Origin: Ktedonobacterales bacterium
GTDB taxonomy: Bacteria; Chloroflexota; Ktedonobacteria; Ktedonobacterales; Ktedonobacteraceae
DNA: 53,978 bases
Direction of reading: 5' to 3'
NCBI GenBank assembly: GCA_038199755.1
Contig: JBBPYR010000187.1
Location: 1 to 53,978 of the forward strand
In this document: piece by piece, positions 39,773 through 49,029 of the stretch
Position numbering within the stretch: position 1 is the first letter of the stretch
Layout of the letters: the number at the start of each line of letters is the position of its first letter
Translations under genes and position numbers: made by a program
The notes under the pieces: generated by a model
Seen by the model: only the letters and a program-made list of their open reading frames with translations
The model's database searches: none
What the model was told of the DNA's origin: nothing

Positions 39773-40605
39773 GCCAGGACTTCAATATAACTAGCCGCAA
39801 AACACGAAGAGCAGGACGCGGCAATCGCAGCCGCCCCGTTCTCGTGACCGCCACATCACCAGAGCAGGATGAGCAGAGCAGCGAAAGCACACTAACGGCT
39901 TCCACCGCTACACCTGTGCAGGAACTCTCTCCGCTGGTGGTGCCCACATCAACAGCAACACAGCCAAAGGCGCGTAAGCTGCCAGGCTTCTTACCCTCAC
40001 TCGCCAAAAGTCTTACAGGAGAGGGCAAGACGAAGGAAATAAAGGAAATTGATCCCGCGCAGGCACGTATCGCACGGGCCACACGCAAGATTCCAGCCAT
40101 CAGCAGCAAAAGTAGTACCGTCAAGAGCCAGAGCAAGGGCGAAAAAGTCGAGGAGACCAAGCCAGCACGTCCTGCCACCAGCACAGCGAAACCCACGCGG
40201 CCAGCGAGTGCGTTTAAGACGCGCTACATCTTTGGCATGGTGCTCTACCTGCTGGCCGCCAACTTTATCGGCGTCTTTGAAACCAACATCCTTCAGGGCT
40301 ATCATCTCGATTCCGTATTGACGCAGTTTAACTTGTTCGGTGGAAACATTATCATTCGTACCTCCACCCTCGTCTTCCTGGCAACCCTGGTTATCATTCT
40401 GGTAGTCCTGGCACGCCTGGATCTTATCCCACGCTCGCTTGGTGCCGCCACTGGCAGACCCGCCAATAATGCTGCTGCCTCAAGCAGTCGCAGCAGTAGC
40501 GAAAGCGAACGTGCCCCCCAACCCACCATCCGTCAGGGCATCAAAGGGGAAAGTGACGACCTGTACCAGCAATATCGCAGCGGCCAACGCCGCCAAAAGA
40601 AATAG
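39769..40605 (+). CDS. Hypothetical membrane protein with a long Ser/Thr/Lys-rich disordered N-terminus
   Basis: Its start overlaps the upstream stop (ATGA), suggesting translational coupling. Two to three TM helices lie in the C-terminal half. Confidence 0.45.
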   Translation: MSQDFNITSRKTRRAGRGNRSRPVLVTATSPEQDEQSSESTLTASTATPVQELSPLVVPTSTATQPKARKLPGFLPSLAKSLTGEGKTKEIKEIDPAQARIARATRKIPAISSKSSTVKSQSKGEKVEETKPARPATSTAKPTRPASAFKTRYIFGMVLYLLAANFIGVFETNILQGYHLDSVLTQFNLFGGNIIIRTSTLVFLATLVIILVVLARLDLIPRSLGAATGRPANNAAASSSRSSSESERAPQPTIRQGIKGESDDLYQQYRSGQRRQKK

Positions 40606-40718
40606 GCAGGACATTTGTTTTGACAGGGTACCCGCAAGGGGATGCCCTGTCTCACCTTGCAATCTCCATATGGAGATTTTGTCTATGCCCTTCTCCCTTT
40701 TACAGCAAATTCATACTC

Positions 40719-40748
40719 TTGACATTACTTGCACAGGGTCCTTATAAT
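40719..40748 (+). promoter_or_regulatory. Near-consensus sigma-70 promoter (TTGACA-N18-TATAAT) for the DAHP synthase leader
   Basis: TTGACA is at 40719-40724 and TATAAT at 40743-40748. Confidence 0.65.
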
Positions 40749-40804
40749 CATAATAAGAGCTACAATAGTTGTGGCGAAAAAAATCATTTCAGGAATTATT
40801 GAAA

Positions 40805-40885
40805 ATGCTCAGCAGCGACATAACCAACCAACAATTTAGCTTTTATTATTGGTTTAGCCCCCCCAGTATGAGGTGGGCTCTTTGA
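40805..40885 (+). CDS. Aromatic-amino-acid-rich leader peptide (MLSSDITNQQFSFYYWFSPPSMRWAL)
   Basis: 26 codons with aggaa 9 nt upstream. It carries the run F-S-F-Y-Y-W-F plus a second Trp, sits between the promoter and the terminator, and precedes DAHP synthase. Confidence 0.6.
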   Translation: MLSSDITNQQFSFYYWFSPPSMRWAL

Positions 40886-40916
40886 GCTGAGCAAAAAAAT
40901 CACCACCGCATACTGG

Positions 40917-40950
40917 GAAGCAGAGGAAATAACCTCTGCTTTTTTGTTTG
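40917..40950 (+). terminator. Intrinsic terminator (attenuator) 25 nt upstream of the DAHP synthase start
   Basis: Stem AAGCAGAGG / CCTCTGCTT, loop aaataa, then TTTTTGTTT. Immediately 5' of the stem lies CATACUGGG, complementary to CCCAGUAUG at 40862-40870, which could form an alternative structure. Confidence 0.65.
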
Positions 40951-40975
40951 CCAAATGTAAGAGAGGATAGAGATC

Positions 40976-42058
40976 ATGATTATCACCACCCGTAATGAAG
41001 CAACCAGCGAAGAACGTGCCCACCTAATGACGTTACTCTGCCGTATCACTGGTAGCCAGCATCCCATTGCCACCTGCGAAATTGATGATAAGACCGTCAT
41101 TGCTCTTGACGGCGTGAAAGTTGACGTGGAAGCACAGCACCTGCTCGCCCAAGAAAAGGCCGTCGAGCGCGTACTAGCCATCAAAACCGCCTACCAACTC
41201 ATCAGCCGCGCCTTCAAGCCAGAGAACAGCCGCATCGTTGTTGGTGTGGGACATGATTGCACGCCCGTTGTCATCGGTGGCGATAATTCTACCCCTGTTC
41301 TCATCGCTGGCCCATGCGCGGTTGAAAATCGCGACCAACTCCTCTCTATCGCACGTGGCGTGAAGAACGCGGGCGCAAACATTCTCCGTGGTGGTGCCTT
41401 CAAGCCACGCACCTCCCCCTACCAGTTCCAGGGGCTGGGCATTGAGGGACTACACCTGCTCTCCGAGGCCCGTCAACTTACCGGCCTGCCCGTCATCACC
41501 GAGGTTATGGAACCAGACACCGTCGAGATCGTGGCTCACCATGCCGACATCCTGCAAATTGGCAGCCGCAACATGCAAAATTACCCGCTCCTCCTCGCTG
41601 CTGGTCGCCACAGTGCCAAACGCCCAGTCATGCTCAAGCGCGGCCTCTCCGCCACCATCGATGAATGGCTACTAGCTGCCGAATACATCATGGCAGCAGG
41701 CAATCCCAACGTCATGCTGTGTGAACGCGGCATCCGCAGCTATGACCCAATGACCCGTAACGTGCTTGACCTCTCCTGTGTCCCACTCCTGCACGAACTC
41801 ACCCACCTTCCCATCATCGTAGACCCCAGCCATGCCACAGGCCGTCGCGAACTCGTCCCCACCATGTCCCGCGCCAGCATCGCAGCTGGAGCTGAAGGGC
41901 TGATCATTGAAGTTCACACCGATCCCAATAATGCCCTCTGCGATGGGCGTCAATCCATCACACCCGAACAACTGGCAAAGATTGTGCGCGACACCCATAT
42001 GCTCACAGCCATGATGAACGAAGCAAGCGCAGTACAGGAATTGTCGAGAGTTGCATAA
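40976..42058 (+). CDS. 3-deoxy-7-phosphoheptulonate (DAHP) synthase, type I-beta with an N-terminal regulatory domain
   Basis: DAHP_synth_1 core ([16 protein letters not shown]...[20 protein letters not shown]...[13 protein letters not shown]...KRG) preceded by an approximately 90-aa ferredoxin-like regulatory domain. Confidence 0.82.
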   Translation: MIITTRNEATSEERAHLMTLLCRITGSQHPIATCEIDDKTVIALDGVKVDVEAQHLLAQEKAVERVLAIKTAYQLISRAFKPENSRIVVGVGHDCTPVVIGGDNSTPVLIAGPCAVENRDQLLSIARGVKNAGANILRGGAFKPRTSPYQFQGLGIEGLHLLSEARQLTGLPVITEVMEPDTVEIVAHHADILQIGSRNMQNYPLLLAAGRHSAKRPVMLKRGLSATIDEWLLAAEYIMAAGNPNVMLCERGIRSYDPMTRNVLDLSCVPLLHELTHLPIIVDPSHATGRRELVPTMSRASIAAGAEGLIIEVHTDPNNALCDGRQSITPEQLAKIVRDTHMLTAMMNEASAVQELSRVA

Positions 42059-42239
42059 CAATTACAACATGGTAAGGGCAGTACATTCTCATGCGAAGCG
42101 TTATACGAAGCGTCGGCAGAATGCATGAGATTATGCTGCCCCTACCACGCATGGAACAAGTATGATATACTCTAGATAAGTGGAGAGAGAGTAGAACAAC
42201 TTTGTAGGGTGGATGACAGTAAGGCTTGAGGTGACAACT

Positions 42240-42812
42240 ATGCCAACACGCATTATTATTGCAGACGACGAAACCATTCAGCGCATGGACCTAAAAGATG
42301 TGCTGACCAAACAGGGCTATCTTGTGGTCGGTGAGGCAGGCGACGGCTTGAGTGCAGTCAACCTGGCCCGCGAGATACGTCCAGACCTCGTGATCATGGA
42401 TATTCGCATGCCCGATATGGATGGCATCGCAGCCGCCGAAACACTTACGCAGGAAAAAATCGCACCAGTGTTGTTGCTTACTGCCTTCGGTGATCAACCC
42501 CTCGTTGAACGCGCCAAAGAAGCGGGTGTCGTCAACTATGTCGTGAAGCCCCTGCGCGAAAGTGAAGTGGCTTCAGCCATTGAGATCGCGCTGGCCCGCT
42601 ATAACGAATTTCGCTCCCTTGAAGAGAAGACGCGCTCACTCACAGAACAACTGGAGACGCGCAAAATCGTCGAGCGGGCGAAAGGGCTTCTTATGGAAAA
42701 GCAAGGCCTGACTGAGGCCGAAGCTTTCCGCAAGATCCAAAAGGCCAGCATGAACAACCGCAAGTCTATGCGCGAAGTAGCAGAGGCCATTCTGCTCACT
42801 AACGAAATGTAA
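42240..42812 (+). CDS. Response regulator with a REC domain and a C-terminal ANTAR RNA-binding domain (AmiR/NasT type)
   Basis: IIIADDETIQRMDLKDVL...DLVIMDIRMPDMDG is the REC domain. ANTAR helices: RKIVERAKGLLMEKQGLTEAEAFRKIQKASMNNRKSMREVAEAIL. Confidence 0.85.
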   Translation: MPTRIIIADDETIQRMDLKDVLTKQGYLVVGEAGDGLSAVNLAREIRPDLVIMDIRMPDMDGIAAAETLTQEKIAPVLLLTAFGDQPLVERAKEAGVVNYVVKPLRESEVASAIEIALARYNEFRSLEEKTRSLTEQLETRKIVERAKGLLMEKQGLTEAEAFRKIQKASMNNRKSMREVAEAILLTNEM

Positions 42813-42815
42813 TCG

Positions 42816-42843
42816 TGTGGGGCCGCACTTTGTGCGGCCCCAC
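42816..42843 (+). terminator. GC-rich hairpin after the ANTAR regulator gene
   Basis: gtggggccgcac-tttg-tgcggccccac forms a perfect 12-bp stem with no clear T tract. Confidence 0.45.
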
Positions 42844-42874
42844 ATGGGCACTCTAGTAATAGATTTGAGTAGTC

Positions 42875-43987
42875 ATGTCATCGGTAATCAGCCAAGAAAA
42901 GACCGTTGTTATTGTCGGCATTCGTTTTCGTCCAGCCGGGCGTATTTACTACTTTGACCCACAGGAACAATCTTTTCATACTGGACAATTTGTCATTGTC
43001 GAGACAGTACGTGGAGTAGAGGCTGGACGCGTGGTGATCGCCCCCAAGAAAATTGCGGAGAGCGATTTAAGCGATCCGCTCAAACCAGTTCAACGCCTTG
43101 CTACCGAAGACGAATTGCGCATGATGCTCTCTTTCAAAAGCAAAGAGAAAGAGGCAATAGTTCGTTGTGCCGAACGCATCTCGCAACATCGTTTACCAAT
43201 GAAACTCGTCGAGGCCGAATACACCTTTGATGGCAGCCGACTCACCTTCTATTTTACGGCAGAAGAGCGCGTCGATTTTCGCGTGCTTGTTCGTGACCTG
43301 GCTGCTACCTTTCGTACACGCATCGAACTACGCCAGATCGGAGCGCGTGACCAGGCCAAACTTCAGGGTGGCATTGGCCCATGTGGTAAAACACTGTGCT
43401 GCAGCTCCTGGATCAGCGAGTTCGGGGTCGTCTCTATCAAAATGGCAAAAGAACAGGGACTACCACTTAACCCCGCAAAAATCTCCGGCGTCTGCGGACG
43501 TTTGCTTTGCTGCCTCTCATACGAGAACGATAATTATATTCAGAGCAAGCAACAAATGCCAGCAATCGGCTCTATGCTCCCAACACCCAGCGGACTCGGA
43601 CGTGTTGTCTCCGTCAATGTACCTCACAGTACGGTTGAAGTCCTACTCGAAAGCGGCGTCATCATTCAGACGCCCGTTCACCAACCCGAAAATGAGCAAG
43701 CAGCGATGACTGGTTCGGCCAACAAAGAGGCCAGAGGGTGTGGCAGTTGTAGTGCTAAAAGCGGCGGCGGTGGTTGTAGCTCCTGTGGCGTTAGCAGCGC
43801 GAGCAGTGATAGCACAAGCAGTAGCAGTGGCGGTTGTGGCTGTGGCAAGAGCGGTAGCGGGAGGGGTGGTTGTAGCACAAAAGCACATGACACAAAAAGC
43901 AAAGGTTGCGCTTCTTGTAGTATTTCGTCCGCTCAGGGTGTCCCGTCCTCCAATAGAAATGAAGAAAGCAAGCAAACAGTTAGGTGA
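42875..43987 (+). CDS. PSP1 C-terminal domain protein (YaaT/RicT-like) with a Gly/Ser/Cys-rich C-terminal tail
   Basis: VIVGIRFRPAGRIYYFDP...GPCGKTLCCSSW...GVCGRLLCCLSYEN is the PSP1 core with conserved Cys pairs. The tail carries about 12 Cys (GCGSCSAKSGGGGCSSCG...GGCGCGKSGSGRGGCS...GCASCS). Confidence 0.7.
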   Translation: MSSVISQEKTVVIVGIRFRPAGRIYYFDPQEQSFHTGQFVIVETVRGVEAGRVVIAPKKIAESDLSDPLKPVQRLATEDELRMMLSFKSKEKEAIVRCAERISQHRLPMKLVEAEYTFDGSRLTFYFTAEERVDFRVLVRDLAATFRTRIELRQIGARDQAKLQGGIGPCGKTLCCSSWISEFGVVSIKMAKEQGLPLNPAKISGVCGRLLCCLSYENDNYIQSKQQMPAIGSMLPTPSGLGRVVSVNVPHSTVEVLLESGVIIQTPVHQPENEQAAMTGSANKEARGCGSCSAKSGGGGCSSCGVSSASSDSTSSSSGGCGCGKSGSGRGGCSTKAHDTKSKGCASCSISSAQGVPSSNRNEESKQTVR

Positions 43988-44007
43988 AGAGAGGAAGGTG
44001 AGTACAA

Positions 44008-45654
44008 ATGTCATCCAATGAAGCAAATCATACGAACTCAGGTTCAACATGGCAGGGCCCCCTGAATGGTGTAAACGGCATCCCTATGCAGCAACAGCAG
44101 TCATCACAGCCACCATTCACGACAACGCAACCCACGCCACGACAACAGCCCATGCCCCCAGTATCTCCAGAACCCAATACTCCCAGCGATCATTCTTTGG
44201 TGTACGACTCTTCTGATCCCCTGCCGTTGTTTGCACCAGAATACCCTGCAGAGGATACAGATACCAACCTTATCAACGCTCAAAATATGCCAGAGGAAGA
44301 TTTTGACCTGCCAGAGTCGGTTGACCAACCCGTCTCTCGTATGGAGCTACTCGCGCAAATAGGGCAATATGTCTCGCTAGTGCTGGCACCGCTACTTTTC
44401 GCTGGTCTCACCTGCCTTTTCGTGTTACCATTGGTCGCGAATGGACGCGCCAAAATTCCAGTAGAAGGACTTTGGCCGCTGGCTCTCGTGATTATCGCTA
44501 TCGCCATCGCGCAAGGAGTCGCCGTCTACTACTCCGGTTCCAATAACGTCTTTTGGGCAATGAGCACCGTTGGAGCCTTTTTTCTCTTCTTGCTGGTCGG
44601 TTGCTTCGCCATCTTTGGCGTGATCCCCACCTTCTTCCTGCTTGCAGTCTTGATCGTGCTTACGATTATTTTGGCACGCCTCTACGTCCGCCAAGTGCCA
44701 CAGGGCACGGTCGATATGGTCTATCTCTTTGGAAAGTATAACCGCACCCTTGATCCCGGTTTCAACATTCTCTTGCCATGGGAAAAGATACATAACAAAG
44801 GCATCAAGGTAACAGAGCGCACTTGGGCCAGTCCACTACTACGCGTGCAGATGTCACGCACGGAGGACGTAGAAATTAGCGCGACCATATCTTATCAACT
44901 TATACCTGAACAGGCACACATCGCCATCACCCAGGTCGATGCTTGGGAAGCAAATTTACAGGAGCTATTCAACACGACCATCAAGAATGTCGCCACCTCG
45001 ATTTCTCCTGATGATCTTCTGGCATGGCAACGCGGTATGCGTTCACGCCTTGCCCCTACAAGCACATTGAACAGCCCTTTTGAAAATAACCCGCGTTGGG
45101 AGCAGATCAACAACACACTGTTCCAGTATATGCGCGATAAAGCTATCCAACGTGGCATACAGGTGAACTGGGTACATGTGCGCGACGCAAAGCTCATGCC
45201 ACATGGGGCGACCACCCTGGAAAGTACCAGCGAGGCGCGCCCAAGCAACACCGCCACTACGCAACCAGACAAAGGCATGCCGAGCAAACAAAGCCGAGCA
45301 TCCTCCGCAGCCACTCCTGCCCCTGCGGTTGACCTACCTAATATCAGCAACGAGGCGTTAGAAAAAGTTCTCATGACGGCCTATCGCGAGGTACGCAACG
45401 GCAAGATTACCGACCCCAGCACCATTCGTCATCTCGCGCAACAGTTTGAAGCCGTCGCGAGAGACCCTGAAAAAAATAAACATGTCAGCTTCGACGCGAA
45501 GCGTGCAGCCGATAATCTGTATGAAGAAGCCCAAAGCAAATATGAAGAGGCCCTGCAGAATGAATTGCCCGCGAACAACATCCACAACGACGAGACCAAG
45601 ACTGACTGGAATCTCCGTAAACCCAGCGATGAAAACACCCACTTAGGCGGCTAA
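44008..45654 (+). CDS. SPFH/Band-7 (stomatin/prohibitin-like) domain membrane protein with a disordered N-terminus
   Basis: TM helices followed by VRQVPQGTVDMVYLFGKYNRTLDPGFNILLPWEKI...VQMSRTEDVEISATISYQL, an SPFH pattern. RBS aggaaggtga. Confidence 0.62.
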   Translation: MSSNEANHTNSGSTWQGPLNGVNGIPMQQQQSSQPPFTTTQPTPRQQPMPPVSPEPNTPSDHSLVYDSSDPLPLFAPEYPAEDTDTNLINAQNMPEEDFDLPESVDQPVSRMELLAQIGQYVSLVLAPLLFAGLTCLFVLPLVANGRAKIPVEGLWPLALVIIAIAIAQGVAVYYSGSNNVFWAMSTVGAFFLFLLVGCFAIFGVIPTFFLLAVLIVLTIILARLYVRQVPQGTVDMVYLFGKYNRTLDPGFNILLPWEKIHNKGIKVTERTWASPLLRVQMSRTEDVEISATISYQLIPEQAHIAITQVDAWEANLQELFNTTIKNVATSISPDDLLAWQRGMRSRLAPTSTLNSPFENNPRWEQINNTLFQYMRDKAIQRGIQVNWVHVRDAKLMPHGATTLESTSEARPSNTATTQPDKGMPSKQSRASSAATPAPAVDLPNISNEALEKVLMTAYREVRNGKITDPSTIRHLAQQFEAVARDPEKNKHVSFDAKRAADNLYEEAQSKYEEALQNELPANNIHNDETKTDWNLRKPSDENTHLGG

Positions 45655-45668
45655 TCATCATCACCGCA

Positions 45669-45718
45669 GCATAGCAGAAAGGGCTCGTAGCAATTGCCAC
45701 GAGCCCTTTCTGCTGTAT
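45669..45718. terminator. Bidirectional terminator hairpin
   Basis: agcagaaagggctcgt-agcaattgcc-acgagccctttctgct forms a perfect 16-bp stem. Confidence 0.6.
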
Positions 45719-45726
45719 CGAAAGTA

Positions 45727-46248
45727 TTATTTTGATTGGGCAAGTGTTGTCACCACCTGCTCTGCCTTCCCCGGCTCCATCGAGCGTAGTGCGGCGAGTT
45801 CATCATTGAGAATGACACTGTTCGTTTTCGGGTCAAATACCACATCATCACGCGTGCAATAGTCTAACGTCTTCCACACGGCTATGGCCTGATCCCAGGC
45901 GGGGAAACGTTCTGTCGCCTCCGCGTCACCCTTCACCACACGCTGGAATGCAATATAGGACGTTACCAACGCGGTAACAATAGTGAGCAGCGTCAACACC
46001 ACCAACACTAATTGTACCGCGGCTGGCAGGACAGCCTCAGACCCAATCAACACCACAATCAGAAAGACAAAGATGCCTACCAGGATACCAGCACCGAGAA
46101 TCGTCGGCAACATGCGAATATTCTTGGTTGGCATATCTGGCGGCGCGGCACGCGCTACACCAGACTCATATGCGGCTTGCAGCGTCTTTACCTGATCTGC
46201 CTGCTTACACACTGGACAAGTGGGGGTTTGTGCGTCAACAGATGCCAT
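45727..46248 (-). CDS. Hypothetical protein with an N-terminal CxxC zinc-ribbon-like motif and two TM helices
   Basis: TCPVCKQADQV... then hydrophobic segments (LPTILGAGILVGIFVFLIVVLIG, AVQLVLVVLTLLTIVTALV). Confidence 0.4.
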   Translation of the reverse strand: MASVDAQTPTCPVCKQADQVKTLQAAYESGVARAAPPDMPTKNIRMLPTILGAGILVGIFVFLIVVLIGSEAVLPAAVQLVLVVLTLLTIVTALVTSYIAFQRVVKGDAEATERFPAWDQAIAVWKTLDYCTRDDVVFDPKTNSVILNDELAALRSMEPGKAEQVVTTLAQSK

Positions 46249-46501
46249 GTATAAACAAACCTACCTTTCTCATAACGAATAATAAATTTGGGCAAGGTAC
46301 AAAGATACCATAAAATAATGTCTCTACATCTAGCATAACACGTTGTCACCTATTCGACAACGTTTCAGACATATGAATTTTAGCGTACCGGTGAGCAACG
46401 CGGCTCACCCTCTCGCATAATACTATTTGACACAATTCCCCTCTAACCGCTACACTATCGACAATAAGCACTACACATCACAGAGAGGACATTTCATTTT
46501 C

Positions 46502-48031
46502 ATGACCAACGCAGCCATCACCATCCTGGGCCTCGGCCCTGGTAGCATACATGACCTTACCATACAAGCACGCGCCACACTCGTACAGGCCGCACAAACA
46601 CAGCAGACCGTCTACTTTCGCACCACCATCCATCCAACCGTTGACGCACTTCAACAAACCATACCCGACCTACAGATTCGCTCGTTTGACTCCCTCTATG
46701 ACGAGTCGGACAACTGGGATAGCCTGTACACGCAAATCGCCGAAACGGTCTGCACTCTGGCGCAACAACAGCCCATTATCTACGCCGTACCCGGCCATCC
46801 CTTGATCGGCGAATCCTCAGTGCAGCTCGTGCTACAACGCGCCAAAGCGCACAACATCAGCACAACCATCGTCGCAGGCCTGTCCTTTCTTGAGCCAGTT
46901 TGCACGCTCCTCGATCTCGACCCCTTTAACGCGGGCATGCAGATTGTTGATGCCACCAACCTCGCCGCCCAAAGGAACGACGAGATCGCGGGCAAAATTA
47001 TTCCCACCGCGCCCCTGCTCGTCACACAGGTCTATAACCGCCGCCTCGCCAGCGAGGTAAAACTGGCTCTCAGCGAGTGCTATCCCGACGAATGGCCCGT
47101 CAAGCTGGTACGCGCCGCCGGTATTCAACTCGATGGTAGCGAGGAGAGCGAGGTGGTCATCGACATGCCCCTCTACGAATTAGACCGCGAAAACTATGCG
47201 AACCACCTGAGTACCCTCTACGTGCCGCCTGTCGATATGCTCACCTCGCTACGCCTCCCCGAAACGCTGCGCTACATAACAATGCGCCTGCGCCGCGAAC
47301 CCGATGGCTGCCCGTGGGATCGCAAGCAAACGCACCAGAGCCTCACCCGTTACGCCCTGGAAGAAGCCTATGAGGTCGTCGAAGCCATCGAAGAAAATGA
47401 CATGGATCACCTCGCCGAAGAACTCGGCGACCTCCTGCTCCAGGTCTACCTGCACTCCGAGATCGCACGGCAGGAAGGGGATTTTACGCTTGGCGATGTC
47501 TACGAAAACGTCAACGCCAAGCTCATACGTCGCCACCCGCACGTCTTCGGCGATGTCGAGGTAAGCAACGCTGGACAGGTCGTGCAAAACTGGGAGGCCA
47601 TCAAACGTCAGGAAAAGGAGGCGGCAGGCATCAAACAACCGGAAAGCATTCTGGATGGCGTTCCCCTAGCCTCGCCTGCCCTCACCGTCGCGCAAGAATA
47701 TCAGAAAAAGGCCGTCAAAGCTGGCTTCCACTACAACACCATCGATTGGGTCTATCGCAAACTAGACGAGGAGATCGCCGAGCTACAGCAGGCCAGCGAC
47801 CCCGCACACATCCTGGAAGAAGTGGGCGACGTACTCTTCATGGCCGCCATGATCGCCGACTCCCACAACATCAACGCCGAAGCCGCCCTGCGCGCCGCCA
47901 ACCGCAAGTTCCGCATCCGCTTCCTCGCCATGGAACACCTCATCCGCGAGCAGGGCCGCGAACACAGCTCATACAGCACCCAAGAATGGGGACAACTCTG
48001 GGAGCTTGCCAAGAGGCAATTGCAGCAATAA
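46502..48031 (+). CDS. YabN-type fusion of a tetrapyrrole-methylase-like domain and tandem MazG nucleoside-triphosphate pyrophosphohydrolase domains
   Basis: The start is set at ATG 46502 (MTNAAITILGLGPGS). N-terminal TP_methylase-like fold; MazG motifs EEAYEVVEAIE...ELGDLLLQV and EEIAELQQA...EVGDVLFMAA. Confidence 0.72.
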   Translation: MTNAAITILGLGPGSIHDLTIQARATLVQAAQTQQTVYFRTTIHPTVDALQQTIPDLQIRSFDSLYDESDNWDSLYTQIAETVCTLAQQQPIIYAVPGHPLIGESSVQLVLQRAKAHNISTTIVAGLSFLEPVCTLLDLDPFNAGMQIVDATNLAAQRNDEIAGKIIPTAPLLVTQVYNRRLASEVKLALSECYPDEWPVKLVRAAGIQLDGSEESEVVIDMPLYELDRENYANHLSTLYVPPVDMLTSLRLPETLRYITMRLRREPDGCPWDRKQTHQSLTRYALEEAYEVVEAIEENDMDHLAEELGDLLLQVYLHSEIARQEGDFTLGDVYENVNAKLIRRHPHVFGDVEVSNAGQVVQNWEAIKRQEKEAAGIKQPESILDGVPLASPALTVAQEYQKKAVKAGFHYNTIDWVYRKLDEEIAELQQASDPAHILEEVGDVLFMAAMIADSHNINAEAALRAANRKFRIRFLAMEHLIREQGREHSSYSTQEWGQLWELAKRQLQQ

Positions 48032-48107
48032 TACTGTTCTCTGCTGAAAAAGGCTGTAGGGATCAGATTTTGGAGATGAATGAATTAATATGGTGGATGG
48101 TTCAGAA

Positions 48108-48371
48108 GCAGCAGCGAAGCGCGCTGCAGGCCCCCGTAGGGGCGGCATTTATGACTCCTTACAGCATGCCTGAGTGCGATAGCACTAGCGCGACAGCGCG
48201 TTGGCATGCTGAATAAGATGTGACGCCCTCGTACCCGTTCTGTTTGTGTTATTACCAGGATAATTCGTTAATCATGGAAGCCGCTGTAGGGGCCAGATTG
48301 ATCGCCTGTGAACGGGTACGGGGGCGTCATAAATGCCAGCCCCTACGGCCTGCAGCGCGCTTCGCTGCTGC
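48108..48371. mobile_element. Foldback/MITE-like element of about 264 bp with 46-bp imperfect terminal inverted repeats and a nested inner inverted repeat
   Basis: Left arm gcagcagcgaagcgcgctgcaggcccccgtaggggcggcatttatgac (48108-48155). Right arm gtcataaatgccagcccctacggcctgcagcgcgcttcgctgctgc (48326-48371). Inner inverted repeat gacgccctcgtacccgttc (48222-48240) / gaacgggtacgggggcgtc (48310-48328). It embeds REP family-1-like cores. Confidence 0.55.
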
Positions 48372-48411
48372 CTACGCTTGGTAAACACGATTAGCGCGTT
48401 CACAGCGCAAC

Positions 48412-48912
48412 TCATTGCGCGGGCACGGACGTGCCATGTTCCTTGTGTGTTCGCAGCTGTGCAAAATAGCTTTGAATGCGTTCATTCTCTTTTTTGGGAT
48501 TGTGCCGACAGCGATAACAGGCTGGGAGGCAATTCAGAGCGGTCGTCCCGGCTTGCGATATGGGAAGAAAGTGGCTCATGACTTGGACTGGCTGCTCCTG
48601 ACAATAAGCACAACGCCAGTGAAAATAATTGAGCACCTCAATCCACTCAACCAGCGACAGGGTGGCTTCCGCGTGGAGCGTCCTTGCGCGGAAGCACTGC
48701 CTCTCAACACGATCTAGCTCGCGAATAAGGAGCTGATAGATCTCTTCCGTTCCCGCAAGTTGTCGAATCGTGCAACGCAAGTTCCTGTGCGTAGCCGTCC
48801 ACTGGGCAACCTCTAGCAGCGTCTGAGTTTCTTCCAGCAACATAGCAAAAGCCTCCTGCATTGATAGACATGCTAAGCTTGGCTCCGTTCTTTCCAGGGC
48901 AGCTTCTAGCAA
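48412..48912 (-). CDS. HNH endonuclease domain protein
   Basis: CAYC...SHFLPISQAGTTALNCLPACYRCRHNPKK fits the HNH pattern CxxC...H...N...CxxC with His and Asn in the beta-beta-alpha core. Confidence 0.5.
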   Translation of the reverse strand: MLEAALERTEPSLACLSMQEAFAMLLEETQTLLEVAQWTATHRNLRCTIRQLAGTEEIYQLLIRELDRVERQCFRARTLHAEATLSLVEWIEVLNYFHWRCAYCQEQPVQVMSHFLPISQAGTTALNCLPACYRCRHNPKKENERIQSYFAQLRTHKEHGTSVPAQ

Positions 48913-49029
48913 TCGCTCACACCAGACAGTTTATCCCATTATCAACAAGTATACTGTAAAAGAGCTAAATACGCGGTCCGAGGTTCTCCCATCCGCCTCA
49001 ATAATTGCTCAAGATTTGCTCCTCTCTGT

